Shown one piece after another: positions 27,660 through 41,915 of a stretch of 64,000 bases of DNA. The notes under the pieces are model-generated. The model was not told where the DNA came from. It saw only the letters and a program-made list of their open reading frames with translations, and did not search any database. Positions within the stretch are counted from its first letter, which is position 1. Each line of letters starts with the position of its first letter. Position numbers and translations under genes: made by a program. Origin of the DNA: Octopus vulgaris (taxonomy: Eukaryota); NCBI GenBank assembly GCA_951406725.2, contig OX597841.1, positions 26,846,001 through 26,910,000 on the forward strand. The letters run 5' to 3'.

Positions 27660-27702
27660 ACATACATACATACATACATACATACATACATAGAGAGAGA
27701 GG

Positions 27703-28029
27703 GGGGCGCAATGGCCCAGTGGTTAGGGCAGCGGACTCGCGGTCGAAGGATCGCGGTTTCGATTCCCAGACAAGGTGTTGTGTTTATTGAGCGAAAACAG
27801 CTAAAGCTCCGCGCACTTTCTCTCACTCTTTCTTCCTGTTTCTGTTGTACCTGTATTTCAAAGATGCCAGCCTTGTCACACTCTGTGTCACGCTGAATTA
27901 ATCTCCCCCGTGCACTGCGTTAACGGTGCACGTGTCTGTGGAGTGCTCAGCCACTTCATCGTTAATTTCACGAGCAGGCTGTTCCGTTGATCGGATCAAC
28001 TGGAACCCTCGTCGTCGCAACCGACGGAG
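27703..28029 (+). mobile_element. tRNA-derived SINE family B
   Basis: A-box TGGCCCAGTGG and B-box GTTTCGATTCCC; 3' body CTGTGTCACGCTGAA...GGAACCCTCGTCGTC..AACCGACGGAG. Confidence 0.85.
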
Positions 28030-28060
28030 AACCACGATATATATATATATATATATATAT

Positions 28061-28450
28061 AGGCGCAGGAGTGGCTGTGTGGTAAGTAGCTTGTTTACCA
28101 ACCACATGGTTCCGGGTTCAGTCCCACTGCGTGGCACCTTGGGCAAGTGTCTTCTGCTATAGCCCCAGGCTGACCAATGCCTTGTGAGTGGATTTGGTAG
28201 ACGGAAACTGAAAGAAGCCTGTCGTATATATGTATATATATATTTGTGTGTCTGTGTTTGTCCCCCTAGCATTGCTTGACAACCGATGCTGGTGTGTTTA
28301 CGTCCCCGTAACTTAGCGGTTCCGCAAAAGAAACCGATAGAATAAGTACTGGGCTTACAAAAGAATAAGTCCTGGAGTCGATTTGCTCGACTAAAAGGCG
28401 GTGCTCCAGCATGGCCGCAGTCAAATGACTGAAACAAGTAAAAGAGTAAA
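28061..28450 (+). mobile_element. SINE family A, full length
   Basis: AGGCGCAGGAGTGGCTGTGTGGTAAG...GAAACAAGTAAAAGAGT. Confidence 0.9.
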
Positions 28451-28459
28451 AAAAAAAGA

Positions 28460-28804
28460 GTCTGAGATCTGGGACCCCCTTCGGTCAAGATACTGACCAT
28501 GGGATTGCACCTAGAAAGTTACCCTCCTAGTCACAAGTCTGGGCAAGGTGATTTTATGGAAGACCAGCAGTCGCCCATGCATACCGGCCTCCCCTCTCCA
28601 CGTCACCGATGTTGTCCAAGGCAAAGGCAAAGGGGCCGATACAGCTTGGCACCTGTGACGTCGCAACTCATTTCTACAGCTGAGTGAACTGGAGCAACGT
28701 GAAAATAAAGTGTCTTGCTCAAGAAAACAACACGCAGCCCGGTCCGGGATTCGAGCTCACAACCTCACGATCGTAAGTTCGACGCTCTAACCACTGAGCC
28801 ATGC
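28460..28804 (-). mobile_element. SINE with family-C head and a different 3' tail
   Basis: 28665-28804 is homologous to 54101-54240. 28460-28664 is unrelated to the family-B body. Confidence 0.8.
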
Positions 28805-29309
28805 TACAAAAAGAGTAATGGAAGGAAAAATGGCCAGGAGGGAAAAACTAAAATTTGAAGGGGGATCGAACGAAGGAACGAACGTCAGGAAGAAAGCAAG
28901 GGAATGTAGGGGAAAATAAGGTTGAAAGAAATATTGGTAGATAGATAGGAGGACAGATAGAGACAAAGAAACAAGGAAGGGAAGAACTTACGAATGAAAG
29001 AAGCAAAGGTAAAAAAAGTGTTAACGACAGAAAGAAGGAAAGGGAGGTAAATATGTGTTAAAACCAGGAAAGAAAGGTGGCGCTGCTGGTGGTGGTGGTG
29101 GTGGTGGCGCTGCTGGTGGCGGTGGCGGTGGTGGTGGGAGAAGAGAAAAGGCAAAATGTGAGACGTGAAGTATGAAAGTAAATTCGTAGAAATGGGCAAG
29201 TGTGACGACATCAAAGACGCTCCATAAGTGGCGGGCCTACTTATATTAAACACTCCGGGGCTAATTAGGAATAATTTAGGAAATTTCTGAAAGATATCGG
29301 CGCGTACAA

Positions 29310-29355
<46 letters not shown>

Positions 29356-29580
29356 TACATGTTGTATGTCTGTTGTTTATAGATATAAATATGTATAATA
29401 TATATATATATATACATATATATGAATGTGTGTATATGTGTATATATATATGTGTGTATGTATCTATGTATATATATGTGTGTATATATGTATGTATATA
29501 TGTGTATATGTATATATATATGTGTGTATATATGTATATATATGTGTGTATATATGTATATATATATGTGTGTATATATG

Positions 29581-29614
<34 letters not shown>

Positions 29615-29718
29615 TATATTTATGTGTATGTGTGCGTGTGTAGGTATATATGCATATATGTATATATGTATGTATACGTACCTATGTTTGTATGTATTTA
29701 TATATGTATGTATATAAA

Positions 29719-29756
<38 letters not shown>

Positions 29757-29917
29757 TATATGTGTGCGTGTTTCTATGCATACATGTGTGTTATTTATGT
29801 CTTTGTTGATATATGCGCGTGCATACGTGTGTGTTTGGTTGTGCGTATACATATGCGTATATATGTATATACATATATATTTATATATATATATATATAT
29901 ATATATGGGCGTTGACT

Positions 29918-29952
<35 letters not shown>

Positions 29953-30170
29953 CTTTTGTACGTACGTATTTATGTATGTTACGTAGGCGTGCGTACACAT
30001 GTGTGAATAGTCCATACCACAACTGCCACCCATCACTTCCTCTCCTACTACTACTACAACAACTGCTTCTTCTACTACTGCCGCCACTACCTATACTCCT
30101 ACTATCATCTACACTACGACAGAAATTACTACTACCACTACTACTCTTTCTCAATTTGTCTCTCTTACAT

Positions 30171-30261
<91 letters not shown>

Positions 30262-30277
30262 GAGAGAGAGAGAGAGA

Positions 30278-30436
30278 GGAGTGGCTGTGTGGTAAGAAGC
30301 TTGCTTTCCAACCACATGATTCCGGGTTCAGTCCCACTGCATGGCACCTTGGTCAAGTGTCTTCTACTGTAACTTCGGCAAGACTAAAGCCTTGTGAGTG
30401 GATTTAGTAGACGGAAACTGAAAGAAGCCTATCGTA
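30278..30436 (+). mobile_element. SINE family A, 5' half
   Basis: tRNA head and CORE-like region up to the TA tract. Confidence 0.85.
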
Positions 30437-30790
30437 TATATATACAGGCGCAGGAATTCCTGTACCAGGGCCCCATAACAGTTTTGTCAAATCCAGTACA
30501 TACCAGGCTCCCAAATACGGATTAAATACCATGGGAACTGCTGGAAGGGAAGGATCCCAGCTTCTCATTAAAACTTCCTTTTGGGAGAAGGTAAATTTAA
30601 AGAAAAAAAAAATGAACCTGATGTGCAGTTGGCTTCTGATAACCCCAAATTGTGCCGCTGGTAGTCTAGGTGTTAGTAGTAGTGGTGGTGGTTGTAGTAT
30701 TGGTTGTGGTGGTGGTCGTTGTTGTAGTTATGACGGTGGTGGTGGTGATGGTACTAGTTGTGATGGTGTTTGATGTAACGTTAGTGGTGC

Positions 30791-30909
<119 letters not shown>

Positions 30910-30954
30910 ACGGCAAGAGCAGTAGCAGTATTAGTGTTAGTCATAGCAGTAGTT

Positions 30955-30996
<42 letters not shown>

Positions 30997-31150
30997 ATGG
31001 TGATTGTAGCGGGGTTGTGGTGGTGATGTTGGTTATGATACTGGTGATGATGTTGGTAGTCCTGGTAGTAATGGCGATAGCGGTGGAGTAATTTCGGTGG
31101 TAGTGGTAGTGGTTGTTGTAGTGGTGAAGGTTGTAATGGTGGTGGTTGTA

Positions 31151-31420
31151 GTTGCGGTGGTTGTAGTGGTGGGGGTTGTACTGGTGGTGGTTGTAGTTGC
31201 GGTGGTTGTAGTGGTGGGGGTTGTAATGGTGGTAGTTGTAGTTGCGGTGGTTGTAGTGGTGGGGGTTGTACTGGTGGTGGTTGTAGTTGCGGTGGTTGTA
31301 GTGGTGGGGGTTGTAATGGTGGTAGTTGTAGTTGCGGTGGTTGTAGTGGTGGGGGTTGTAATGGTGGTGGTTGTAGTTGCGGTGGTTGTAGTGGTGGGGG
31401 TTGTAGCGATGGGAGTTGTA
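31151..31420 (+). repeat. 45-bp minisatellite, about 6 copies
   Basis: GTTGCGGTGG anchors at 31151, 31196, 31241, 31286, 31331 and 31376. Confidence 0.9.
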
Positions 31421-31622
31421 TTAATGGTGGTTGTAGCGGTAGTAGTTCAGCTGATTGCGCTGAAAGTTAGGTATCGTGTTGTGCAATACTTCGTCCACTG
31501 AAGAAATTCACACTCAGGAACTCCTTGGACCCTTGGAACATTTGCACAGAGTTACTGAGTTTAAGACGTTGTCTTACTTTGTCAGAAATTAACTTCTCAC
31601 CATAGTTGTATGTATATAAATG

Positions 31623-31690
<68 letters not shown>

Positions 31691-31691
31691 T

Positions 31692-31947
31692 AGAAAATAG
31701 TAAAAAGGGAGAAAACTACAGAAGGCTTGTTTTAAAAGGTTATATATATTTAAGTCAATATGTCTGAAGAATATTATAAATTTTTTTTTCTTACAATGAC
31801 ATAGTTTAGAAGAAATGACCGGTTTCGCGTTTAGCTTTTCAAATTTCTTACGTCGTTATGTTTATGTTGAGATGAGTTATCGTTATGTATATATATTCTT
31901 TAACCTTTTAAATCAACCACGTGCTTTCACAAACCAACTTTCTTATC
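31692..31947 (-). mobile_element. Non-autonomous pLTR-only relative of the Penelope element at 57-59 kb, in (TA)n
   Basis: The minus strand resembles 58750-58960 (AACGATAA...AAACATAACG..AAGAAATTTGAAAAGCTA.ACGCGAAACCGGT..TATGTCATT..AAGCCTTCTGT..TACTATTTTCT). No ORF. TA tracts on both sides. Confidence 0.85.
31810..31849 (-). ncRNA. Minimal type-I hammerhead ribozyme, U3-A8 core, GUC site
   Basis: Reverse complement reads AAGAAAT-TTGAAAA-GC-TAAAC-GC-GAAAC-CG-GTC-ATTTCTT. Confidence 0.8.
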
Positions 31948-32008
<61 letters not shown>

Positions 32009-32214
32009 ATGCATACATGTGTGTTATTTGTGTCTTTGTTGATCTATGTGCGTACATACGTCTGTGTGTGTGTGTGTGTATACACATATATATGTATATA
32101 TATGGGCGTTGACTTGAGTATATATAGATGCTTTTGTACATATATATATATATGTATGTATTTTATATATAGATGCGTGGCTGTGTGGTCATGTTGATCC
32201 TGTAATTCCTTCAC

Positions 32215-32375
32215 GTTGTTTCTCTCTTTCCGTTTTTAATTCTTTCATTCTGTCTCCATTTTGTTTTTCGTTCCCTCTCCCATTGCCTCCTCTCTCGGTC
32301 CTGTCTGTCGAAGAGCGTAGGCTCGAAATGTGAAGGACTCTTCCGTTCTTTCTGAGCATCAAACTAATACAATTT
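32215..32375 (+). mobile_element. Diverged GAGC-GTAG-GCTC family copy (motif about 32298-32338)
   Basis: CTGTCGA-A-GAGC-GTAG-GCTC-GAAAT-GTG-AAGGAC...TCTGAGCATCAAACTAATAC. Confidence 0.65.
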
Positions 32376-32769
32376 GAACTATGTACATGCACAGTAGCAA
32401 CTCACTATACGAGGACCCGTTTTACGAGGCAGCGGATTTACTAGTTTTATTCTCTGTGTACGAGTTTTCGGTTTCCGAGCGTTCTCCGGGAACGAATTAC
32501 CTCGTATGTCGATTCACTACATATGCGCGCGCGCGCGTGTGTGTGTGTATAGGCGTAGAAGTGGCTGTGTGGTAAGTAGCTTGCTTACGAACTACATAGT
32601 TCTAGGTTCAGTCCGACTGCGTGACACCTTGGGCAAATGTCTTCTACTATAGCCTCAGGTCGGCCAATGCCTTGTGAGTGGATTTGGTAGACGGAAACTG
32701 AAAGAAGCCTGTCGTATATATATATATGTATATATATATACATGTATACGACAGGCTTCTTTCAGTTCA

Positions 32770-33163
32770 TACGACATTACACATCACATCATAGATACAT
32801 ACACACGTCCAGACCTTTCATACGCACATATATACTCTCTCATACAAGCACGCACCCTTATGTTGGGGCGAGGTTATTTGACCCTGTTATCTCCCCTACT
32901 ATCCTTCTTGCGTCTAATGTCTGATCTCTGACTTCTGGCCGAAATCAGACCGCCATGTTGAATCGTTAGCTTCTGCACGCATTTTTTTTTCTCTCCTTGT
33001 TTCTCTCCGTGTTTCTTTTCTGTGTATCTTTCTGTTGAAGAGCATAGGCTCGAAACGTAAAAGACTTTTTCTATTTCTATTCCTGAGCGCTATACTAATA
33101 CAATTGTTTGTTTGTACTCCACCTGCCTTCGTCTTTTGTTTATTTTCGTAAAGCTTCCCGTTA
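32770..33163 (+). mobile_element. Long copy of the GAGC-GTAG-GCTC pLTR-like family (motif 33027-33064)
   Basis: TCTTT-CTGTTGA-A-GAGC-ATAG-GCTC-GAAAC-GTA-AAAGA. The upstream 250 bp is homologous to the minus strand of 47921-48280. Confidence 0.85.
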
Positions 33164-33183
33164 TATATATATATATATATATA

Positions 33184-33425
33184 GCTTTAAAAATAAACAA
33201 AAACGATAACGGGAAGCTTTACGAAAATAAACAAAAGACGAAGGCAGGCGGAGTACAAACAAACAATTGTATTAGTATGGTACTCAGGAATAGAAATAGA
33301 ACAAGTCTTTTACGTTTCGAGCCTACGTTCTTCAACAGAAAGATACACAGAAAAGAAACAAGGGGAGAAAAAAATTTTTTCGCGTGTAGAGGCTAACGAT
33401 CCAACATGGCGTTCTGATTTCAGGA
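33184..33425 (-). mobile_element. Inverted partner copy of the same family (motif 33306-33343)
   Basis: 33206-33421 is the reverse complement of about 32941-33163. Tail-to-tail across (TA)n. Confidence 0.85.
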
Positions 33426-33684
33426 GAAATATATATATATATATATGTGTGTGTGAGTTTGTGTGTCTGTGTTTGTCCCCCCACCCCCAACATCGCTTGA
33501 CAACCGATGCTGGTGTGTTTATGACGCCGTAACTTAGCGGTTCGGCAAAAGATTACTATAGTATAAGTACTAGGTTTACAAAGAATAAGTCCTGGAGTCG
33601 ATTTGCTCGACTAAAGGTGATGCTCCAGCATGGCCACAGTCAAATGACTGAAACAAGTAAAAGAGTAATGTGTAATATATATGC

Positions 33685-33730
<46 letters not shown>

Positions 33731-34364
33731 ATGTTTGCTTATATATCTGTATTTATGAAAGAAAATATATGTTGCGTGTCTGTGTCAGACAAACACACTC
33801 GCACGCAGGCTGTATGCGATCGGGTATCTAAGCAGGCGTGCCGGGTTCTAACTCCGGTTCGGTATCACTCTGACACATCCCGGAATACGTGTAAGGTGGT
33901 GGGAGGAGAGAGAGAAGTCGAGGCGGCGGCGGGGGAGGGGGAAACCTGGCTGACGTGTCGGCGAATCTACTGTGTGGGCGTTGGATTGTCAGGGCCGAGT
34001 GGATGGGTGGCTGGATGGGGGGGGGGGTTGAATGTGTGTGTGGAGGGGGGAGTGGGGCTGGGAAAGTATCGGTCTATGGGTGGGTGGGCGGTGGCGGTGG
34101 GAGTGGAAATAACAGGAAAATATAAAGGGTAAGCAGTGATAGAGGGGGGGAAATGAAAGATGATAGTGGTGGTGGCAGTACTCTTGGTGGTGGTGATGGT
34201 GGCGGTTGTTTTAGAGATGGTGATTAGTGGTAGTCTAGGTGTTAGTAGTAATGGTGGTGATTGTAGTATTGGTTGTGGTAGTGGTCGTTGTTGTGGTTAT
34301 GACGGTGGTGATGGTACTAGTTGTGATGGTGTTTGATGTAACGTTAGTGGTGCTAGTGGTATTG

Positions 34365-34425
<61 letters not shown>

Positions 34426-35041
34426 CGGTGATGGTGATTGTAGCGGGGTTGTGGTGGTGATGTTGGTTATGATACTGGTGATGGTGTTGGTAGTACTGGT
34501 AGTAATGGTGATAGCGGTGGAGTAATTTCGGTGGTAGCGGTAGTGGTTGTAGTGGTGAAGGTTGTAATGGTGGTGGTTGTAGTTGCGGTGGTTGTAGTGG
34601 TGGTGGTTGTACTGGTGGTGGTTGTAGCGATGGGAGTTGTATTAATGGTGGTTGTAGCGGTAGTAGTTGTAGTGGTGGTGTTTGTAGTTGTGGTGTTTGT
34701 AGTAGTGGCTGTAGTGGTTGTGGTTGTAGTGGTGATGGTGGTGGTGGTAGTAACATTATTAGTGATGATGCTGATGCTACCAGTTGCGGTGGTAGTTTTA
34801 AGGGTGGTGATGGTAGTGACAGTGGACGTGTTGGCGCTGGTGAAGGTGGCGGTGGCAGCGTCGATACCGTACAAAATGGCGATGGTGTTGATGATGATGG
34901 TGGTGTTGTTGGTGGTAGTAGTGAATCTGTAGAAGGTGGCGGTGATGTCGATGGTGGTGGGCATATACGGAACAGGTGAAAGGTGAAAAGAAGAGCAAGG
35001 AGATGAGAAAGGAAAGAAAATTTAAAATTACTTTAAGACAG

Positions 35042-35130
35042 TGACCCGGTCATACTTCCGGTGACGTATCACGTGATACCACTCACTTCACTTCGTACCT
35101 CGTCCGCCCCCGCAAACATTCCGTCACTTC
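35042..35130. promoter_or_regulatory. Candidate promoter/enhancer: ETS + CRE half-site + E-box + GC-box cluster
   Basis: ACTTCCGG (35054-35061), TGACGT (35062-35067), 14-bp palindrome GTATCACGTGATAC (35066-35079) and CCGCCC (35104-35109) in a CpG-rich non-repeat island. Confidence 0.5.
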
Positions 35131-35137
35131 ATGATTG

Positions 35138-35168
<31 letters not shown>

Positions 35169-35427
35169 GATCATGCTATTGTTGCATAGCACCAGGTCAC
35201 TCCTGATCAAATTGATTCCAGCCGTGACCATCACATCGTTTTGGAAGGATCGTTAGATGCTTTAACAAGATGCCTGGTGATCCTTTTTTTTTTTTTTTAC
35301 GATCCCTTTTGATCGAAAACCTACACCCAACCCCAAAAAGAAAAGCTCTACTTTATAATTTGTCCCCTCAGTGTTCAGCCCTGTGTGGCTAATAAAGAAA
35401 CAAATCTACTGGGGGGGGGGGGGGGCG

Positions 35428-35692
35428 CTGGAGCATCGCCTTCAAGAGGTTTTAGTCGAACTGATCGACCCCGAATAATCCAAAGAACTTATTCTGTCGG
35501 TATCTATTGTCGAACCGCTATGTTACACCGACGTATCTTAGCGATTTGGTGGCGGTCGTCATATAGTGGCGGAGGCGTACACACAAACACACACACACAC
35601 TGACAGACAGACACACACACACACACATACACACACACAAACACACAGACAGACACACACACATACACACACACAAACAAACACACGTACAT

Positions 35693-35728
<36 letters not shown>

Positions 35729-35878
35729 ATTTATATACACACAAAAACGGGCTTCTTTCAGTTTCCGTCAACTAAATTCACTTAGAACGGTCTGGCCGAC
35801 CCGAGGCTATAGTAGAAGACACTTGCCTAAGGTGCCATACAATGGGACTGAACCCGGAATCGTGAGGTTGAGAAGCAA
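35428..35878 (-). mobile_element. SINE family A, diverged
   Basis: GCTGGAGCATCGCC...CGAACCGCTA; CGGGCTTCTTTCAGTTTCCGTC...GGGACTGAACCCGG. Confidence 0.7.
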
Positions 35879-36263
35879 TTTAGAGATATATATATTCGCA
35901 TGCATTTGAAAAAACATGTAGGTATAGGAATATATATGTGTGTGTACAAATGAATTTATAAGTATACATATACACACACACATATATATATATACATATA
36001 TACATATATGTATATATATATACATATACATACATATATATGTACATACATATATATGTACATACATATATGTGTATGTGTGTGTATACCTGTATGGATA
36101 TAATGCATATATTTATGTAATGGATATGTGTGTGTGTGTGTGTGTGTGTGTATACATGCAAATATATATACGTGTATAAATGTGTATAATTAACCGTTGG
36201 TCTCTCAGGAAATATATGTGTGTGTGTGTATGTATATTTTATATACATATGTGTGTTTGTATT

Positions 36264-36308
<45 letters not shown>

Positions 36309-36314
36309 ACATAA

Positions 36315-36353
<39 letters not shown>

Positions 36354-36969
36354 AACATATATATATGTATATTTATAAGCATATATATATGTATATTTAT
36401 GTACAAATATATATGTATATATATGTATATTTATACATATATGTGTGTGTGTATCTATATGAATATATATACATATATATATCAATGTGTCTATAGATAT
36501 GTGTGCGCGTGTATGTTACTTTGTTTACGTGTGGCTGTGTGCGTGTGTGTGTGTGTGTGTGTACTTTTCATATACCAACAATAACCGGAAATTGATGCAA
36601 AAAAGAAAAAAAAACTCTAATGAATTAGTAACAATGTCCAATCTCACTCACATCATAAGTTATAGATATTATTTGGGGGTGGTGGTCATGGCGGTCATGG
36701 CTTTATTATTTACATTGGCGATGGTAGTGATTGGTTTATCGCTACCATGATAGCCACCATGTTGCTCTTAAGTATTTATATGATGTTGGTAATGGTGGTG
36801 GTGGTGGTGGTGGTGGTGGTGGTGCCGGAGAATATGGTTAGTGGAGGTCATATTGGGGATGGTCAGTGGTAGGGTTGTGGTAGTAATCAATAGTTTGTAT
36901 CATCGATATCATCTTCATATTAATCATATTTATCTCTTTGTTTTCATTTGTCTTTTTTTTCAGATGGAT

Positions 36970-38159
<1,190 letters not shown>

Positions 38160-38745
38160 CCTTTAAACTAGAGCCACAAGGGCAGCCATTTTGTGGGTAG
38201 GGATATGTCGAATAGATCGACCAGTGTACAACCATACCTATTTTATCCACCGCCGAAGGGATTGTAAGGCGAGGTGGACGTCGGTGGAATTTGAACTCAG
38301 AGCGCAAAGACAGATGAAATACCTATTTCTTTACTACCCACAAGAGGCTAAACATAGAGAGGACAAACAAGGACAGACATAGGTATTAAGTCTATTACAT
38401 CGACCCCACTGCGTAACTGGTACTTCATTTATCGACCCCGAAAGGATGAAAGGCAAAGTCGACCTCGGCAGAATTTGAACTCAGAACGTAACAGCGGCAG
38501 ACGAAATATCTATTTCTTTACTACCCACAAGGGGCTAAACACAGAGGGGACAAACAAGGACAGACAAATGGATTAAGTCGATTACATCGGCCCCACTGCG
38601 TAACTGGTACTTAATTTATCGACCCCGAAAGGATGAAAGGCAAAGTCGACCTCGGCGGAATTTGAACTCAGAACGTAACGGCAAACGAAATACCGCTAAG
38701 CATTTCGCCCGGCGTGCTAACGTTTCTGTTAACTCACTGCCTTAA
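38160..38745 (-). mobile_element. SINE family D concatemer (one head plus three body units) ending in the giant (AAT)n tract
   Basis: Units 38511-38745, 38324-38510 and a diverged unit 38160-38323. Confidence 0.85.
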
Positions 38746-39004
38746 CAACAACAACAACAACAACAATAACAACAATGATAATTATTATAACCTCCGGGCA
38801 AGTGTCTTCTATATCCTCAGGCCGACCGAAGCCTTGTGAGTGAATTTCGTAGACGGAAACTGAAAGAAGCCCGTCGTGTATATATATATGCATATATTTT
38901 TTTTTACCATTCCTTCTTTGATATAGCTCTCTTGTTTTTTAAAAACATTTTCCTCCATTTTTACCACTTCCGTCTTTTTAGTATGTGACCTCGTGAATAC
39001 CACC

Positions 39005-39185
39005 TACAATTTTTTTCCCACTGTCCTCCCGTCTCGAGATCTTTCTTTCTCCTATGTTTCCGACGAAGAGCTCCGCTCGAAACGTCAAACCCTCCTTCTT
39101 CCCTTCTTTCCTGAGCGTCCAATAATACTTTATTTGTTCCACATCCTTGCGTTGTTGTCTTTTTGTTTTCTTGTTTGGATTAACT

Positions 39186-39188
<3 letters not shown>
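39005..39188 (+). mobile_element. GAGC-TCC-GCTC family copy (motif 39056-39090, GUC site)
   Basis: GTTT-CCGACGA-A-GAGC-TCC-GCTC-GAAAC-GTC-AAAC. Ends in (TA)n. Confidence 0.85.
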
Positions 39189-39282
<94 letters not shown>

Positions 39283-39642
39283 TAACGAATACGAAGTCTG
39301 GCGGTTATCTGTCGGTTATCTGTGAACATCATGTTTCTGGATTATAAACATATTGAATATCGTATTCGTTATCTATTCCTTCTGTTTTGCATATGTGAAT
39401 TACAGGGTCTGTCATGCCCGGAGTCCAACTTTGATAGAAATAAGCATTCTTGACTGCTATTTCTATTTTTTCGGTATGCGGTCAAGCAACCTGTTTTGCC
39501 TGTCCCTTTTTCTTATATACAATATATATACTGAACTTTACAGAAGTTCCTGCCGGTAATCGGCTATATTTACATACCGAATTCTACCAGTAAATAATTG
39601 GGGTTTTTTTAAAAAGCCTTTATAGAAATTATTTACTCTTAT

Positions 39643-39716
<74 letters not shown>

Positions 39717-39892
39717 GTTTGTGTGTTTGTCCCTCGCTATTTTTTCAGCGTATTCTGTGTATACGTATTTTCTTTGTCTTTTTTTCATTTCATTTTATGT
39801 AAACCTCTACTTTTTATGTGTCCTTGTATTGTTCCTCTTATCCTTCGTCCTTCTGGAAAATAAATGAAATCATCATCATCATCATTATTATT

Positions 39893-40439
39893 GAGTGAGA
39901 GAGCAGTGCATGCCATCAACGTGACACTGGGGTACAAATATACGAAGCCCAGTATACCCATCATGACTACCCATCTGATAAGCGTACACTAGGCACATGC
40001 ATCACAACCATATGTGCGCGACATGGTGATCTCATATCAAGATAAACGGCGCATGACGTTGCATGTGGGGTTCAGTTAGAATTTGTTTCGGGTCGAGTAG
40101 CCCATTTCGCTCAAAAGGTCCCTGAGTAAGGGTTGTTTAAGGATGTTAAACGAAACACCCATGTTTCCAGAGGTGAATTAGCCAAACTTCCAAGAATTCC
40201 TTTCAACACATGGCTATGATGCTACCCCACTACTTCTGCTCGTGGTCAGAGATGCACATATCGTCAGCCACTAAGGGACATGGTCAACTGGTTAAGGTCA
40301 AACAACCGACAAGCAAATCTGTGGTATTGTGCAGAATATTTGCTATAACCCATCTTTTATACCAAGACAAAACAACGTACATAATAACCCTTCCAATCAG
40401 TTTAGTTCAGAAGCCACGAGAACCACTGCCTGGTACTGC

Positions 40440-40440
<1 letters not shown>
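39893..40440 (-). mobile_element. Probable 5'-truncated non-LTR retroelement 3' UTR with (AAT)n tail
   Basis: 550 bp of complex sequence bounded by TTA/TAA repeats; the minus strand ends ...GCTCTCTCACTCAATAATAA. No coding signal, so the family is not identified. Confidence 0.45.
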
Positions 40441-40489
<49 letters not shown>

Positions 40490-40544
40490 TATTAATAATT
40501 ATTATTATTATTATTATTAATTATTATTGTTATTATTGTTTATG

Positions 40545-40821
40545 GTTTCTTTTTATTATAACTTTATTTCAGCTGCCTTAGTACCGGGCATCCTCTAGAG
40601 GCCAAGTTTTGCAAGAACATTTTCGTTTTGCTATGCATGCTAAAATTATCACCAAATTTATTCCATATTAGATGGAGAGTGCTTTCCGTTAGTATATGGG
40701 ATGTACCCATCAAGGGAGATTGGAGTTACTAGGGAGTTGCTTAATATACTTCTCAGCTCCCTTCTTTATCCTTTCTAACGCTCCAGTTATTACTGGTATT
40801 ATCGTAGTGCCAAGCTTCCAC
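40545..40821 (-). mobile_element. R4/Dong-clade non-LTR retrotransposon 3' end (restriction-like endonuclease C-terminus + 3' UTR + (TAA)n)
   Basis: Minus-strand translation WKLGTTIIPVITGALERIKKGAEKYIKQLP...LMGTSHIL(R)KALSI* matches the R4/Dong terminal motif IPIIIGALG...LGTAHILRK. Followed by TAA repeats. Confidence 0.8.
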
Positions 40822-41550
<729 letters not shown>

Positions 41551-41865
41551 GCCGGCTGACCTCTTCAGACATAAATATCCCGATAGCACTTCGGTGTTCT
41601 TTTTTCTTTTTTTTCTTTATTTTATTTTCATTGTACCAAGCTTGAAATTCTATGGAATAACAATAAAAACAACAGTGGCAATACTAATATCTCTCAATGG
41701 GGAAAAAAACCCCTGAAAAATTGATAATGATATCGACAATAATAACAACAACAACAATAATAATAATCATAATAATAAAATTGATAATAATAATTTGCAA
41801 TAAGAATAATGATAATAAAACTGAAGATAATAATTTGCCATAACAACAACAACAATAATAATATC

Positions 41866-41915
<50 letters not shown>

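Larger units (their letters stand above)
32551..33667 (+). mobile_element. SINE family A split by an inverted pair of hammerhead elements inserted in its central TA tract
   Basis: 5' half 32551-32716 and 3' half about 33458-33667. Confidence 0.8.

Noticed and set aside
27703-27775. tRNA genes at SINE heads (also 54170-54240, 61363-61435)
   Set aside because: A/B boxes are present but there is no complete cloverleaf, and each continues into a SINE body.
31496-31575. CTGAAGA followed by an ACTCAG/CTGAGT hairpin
   Set aside because: No GAAA and no stem I.
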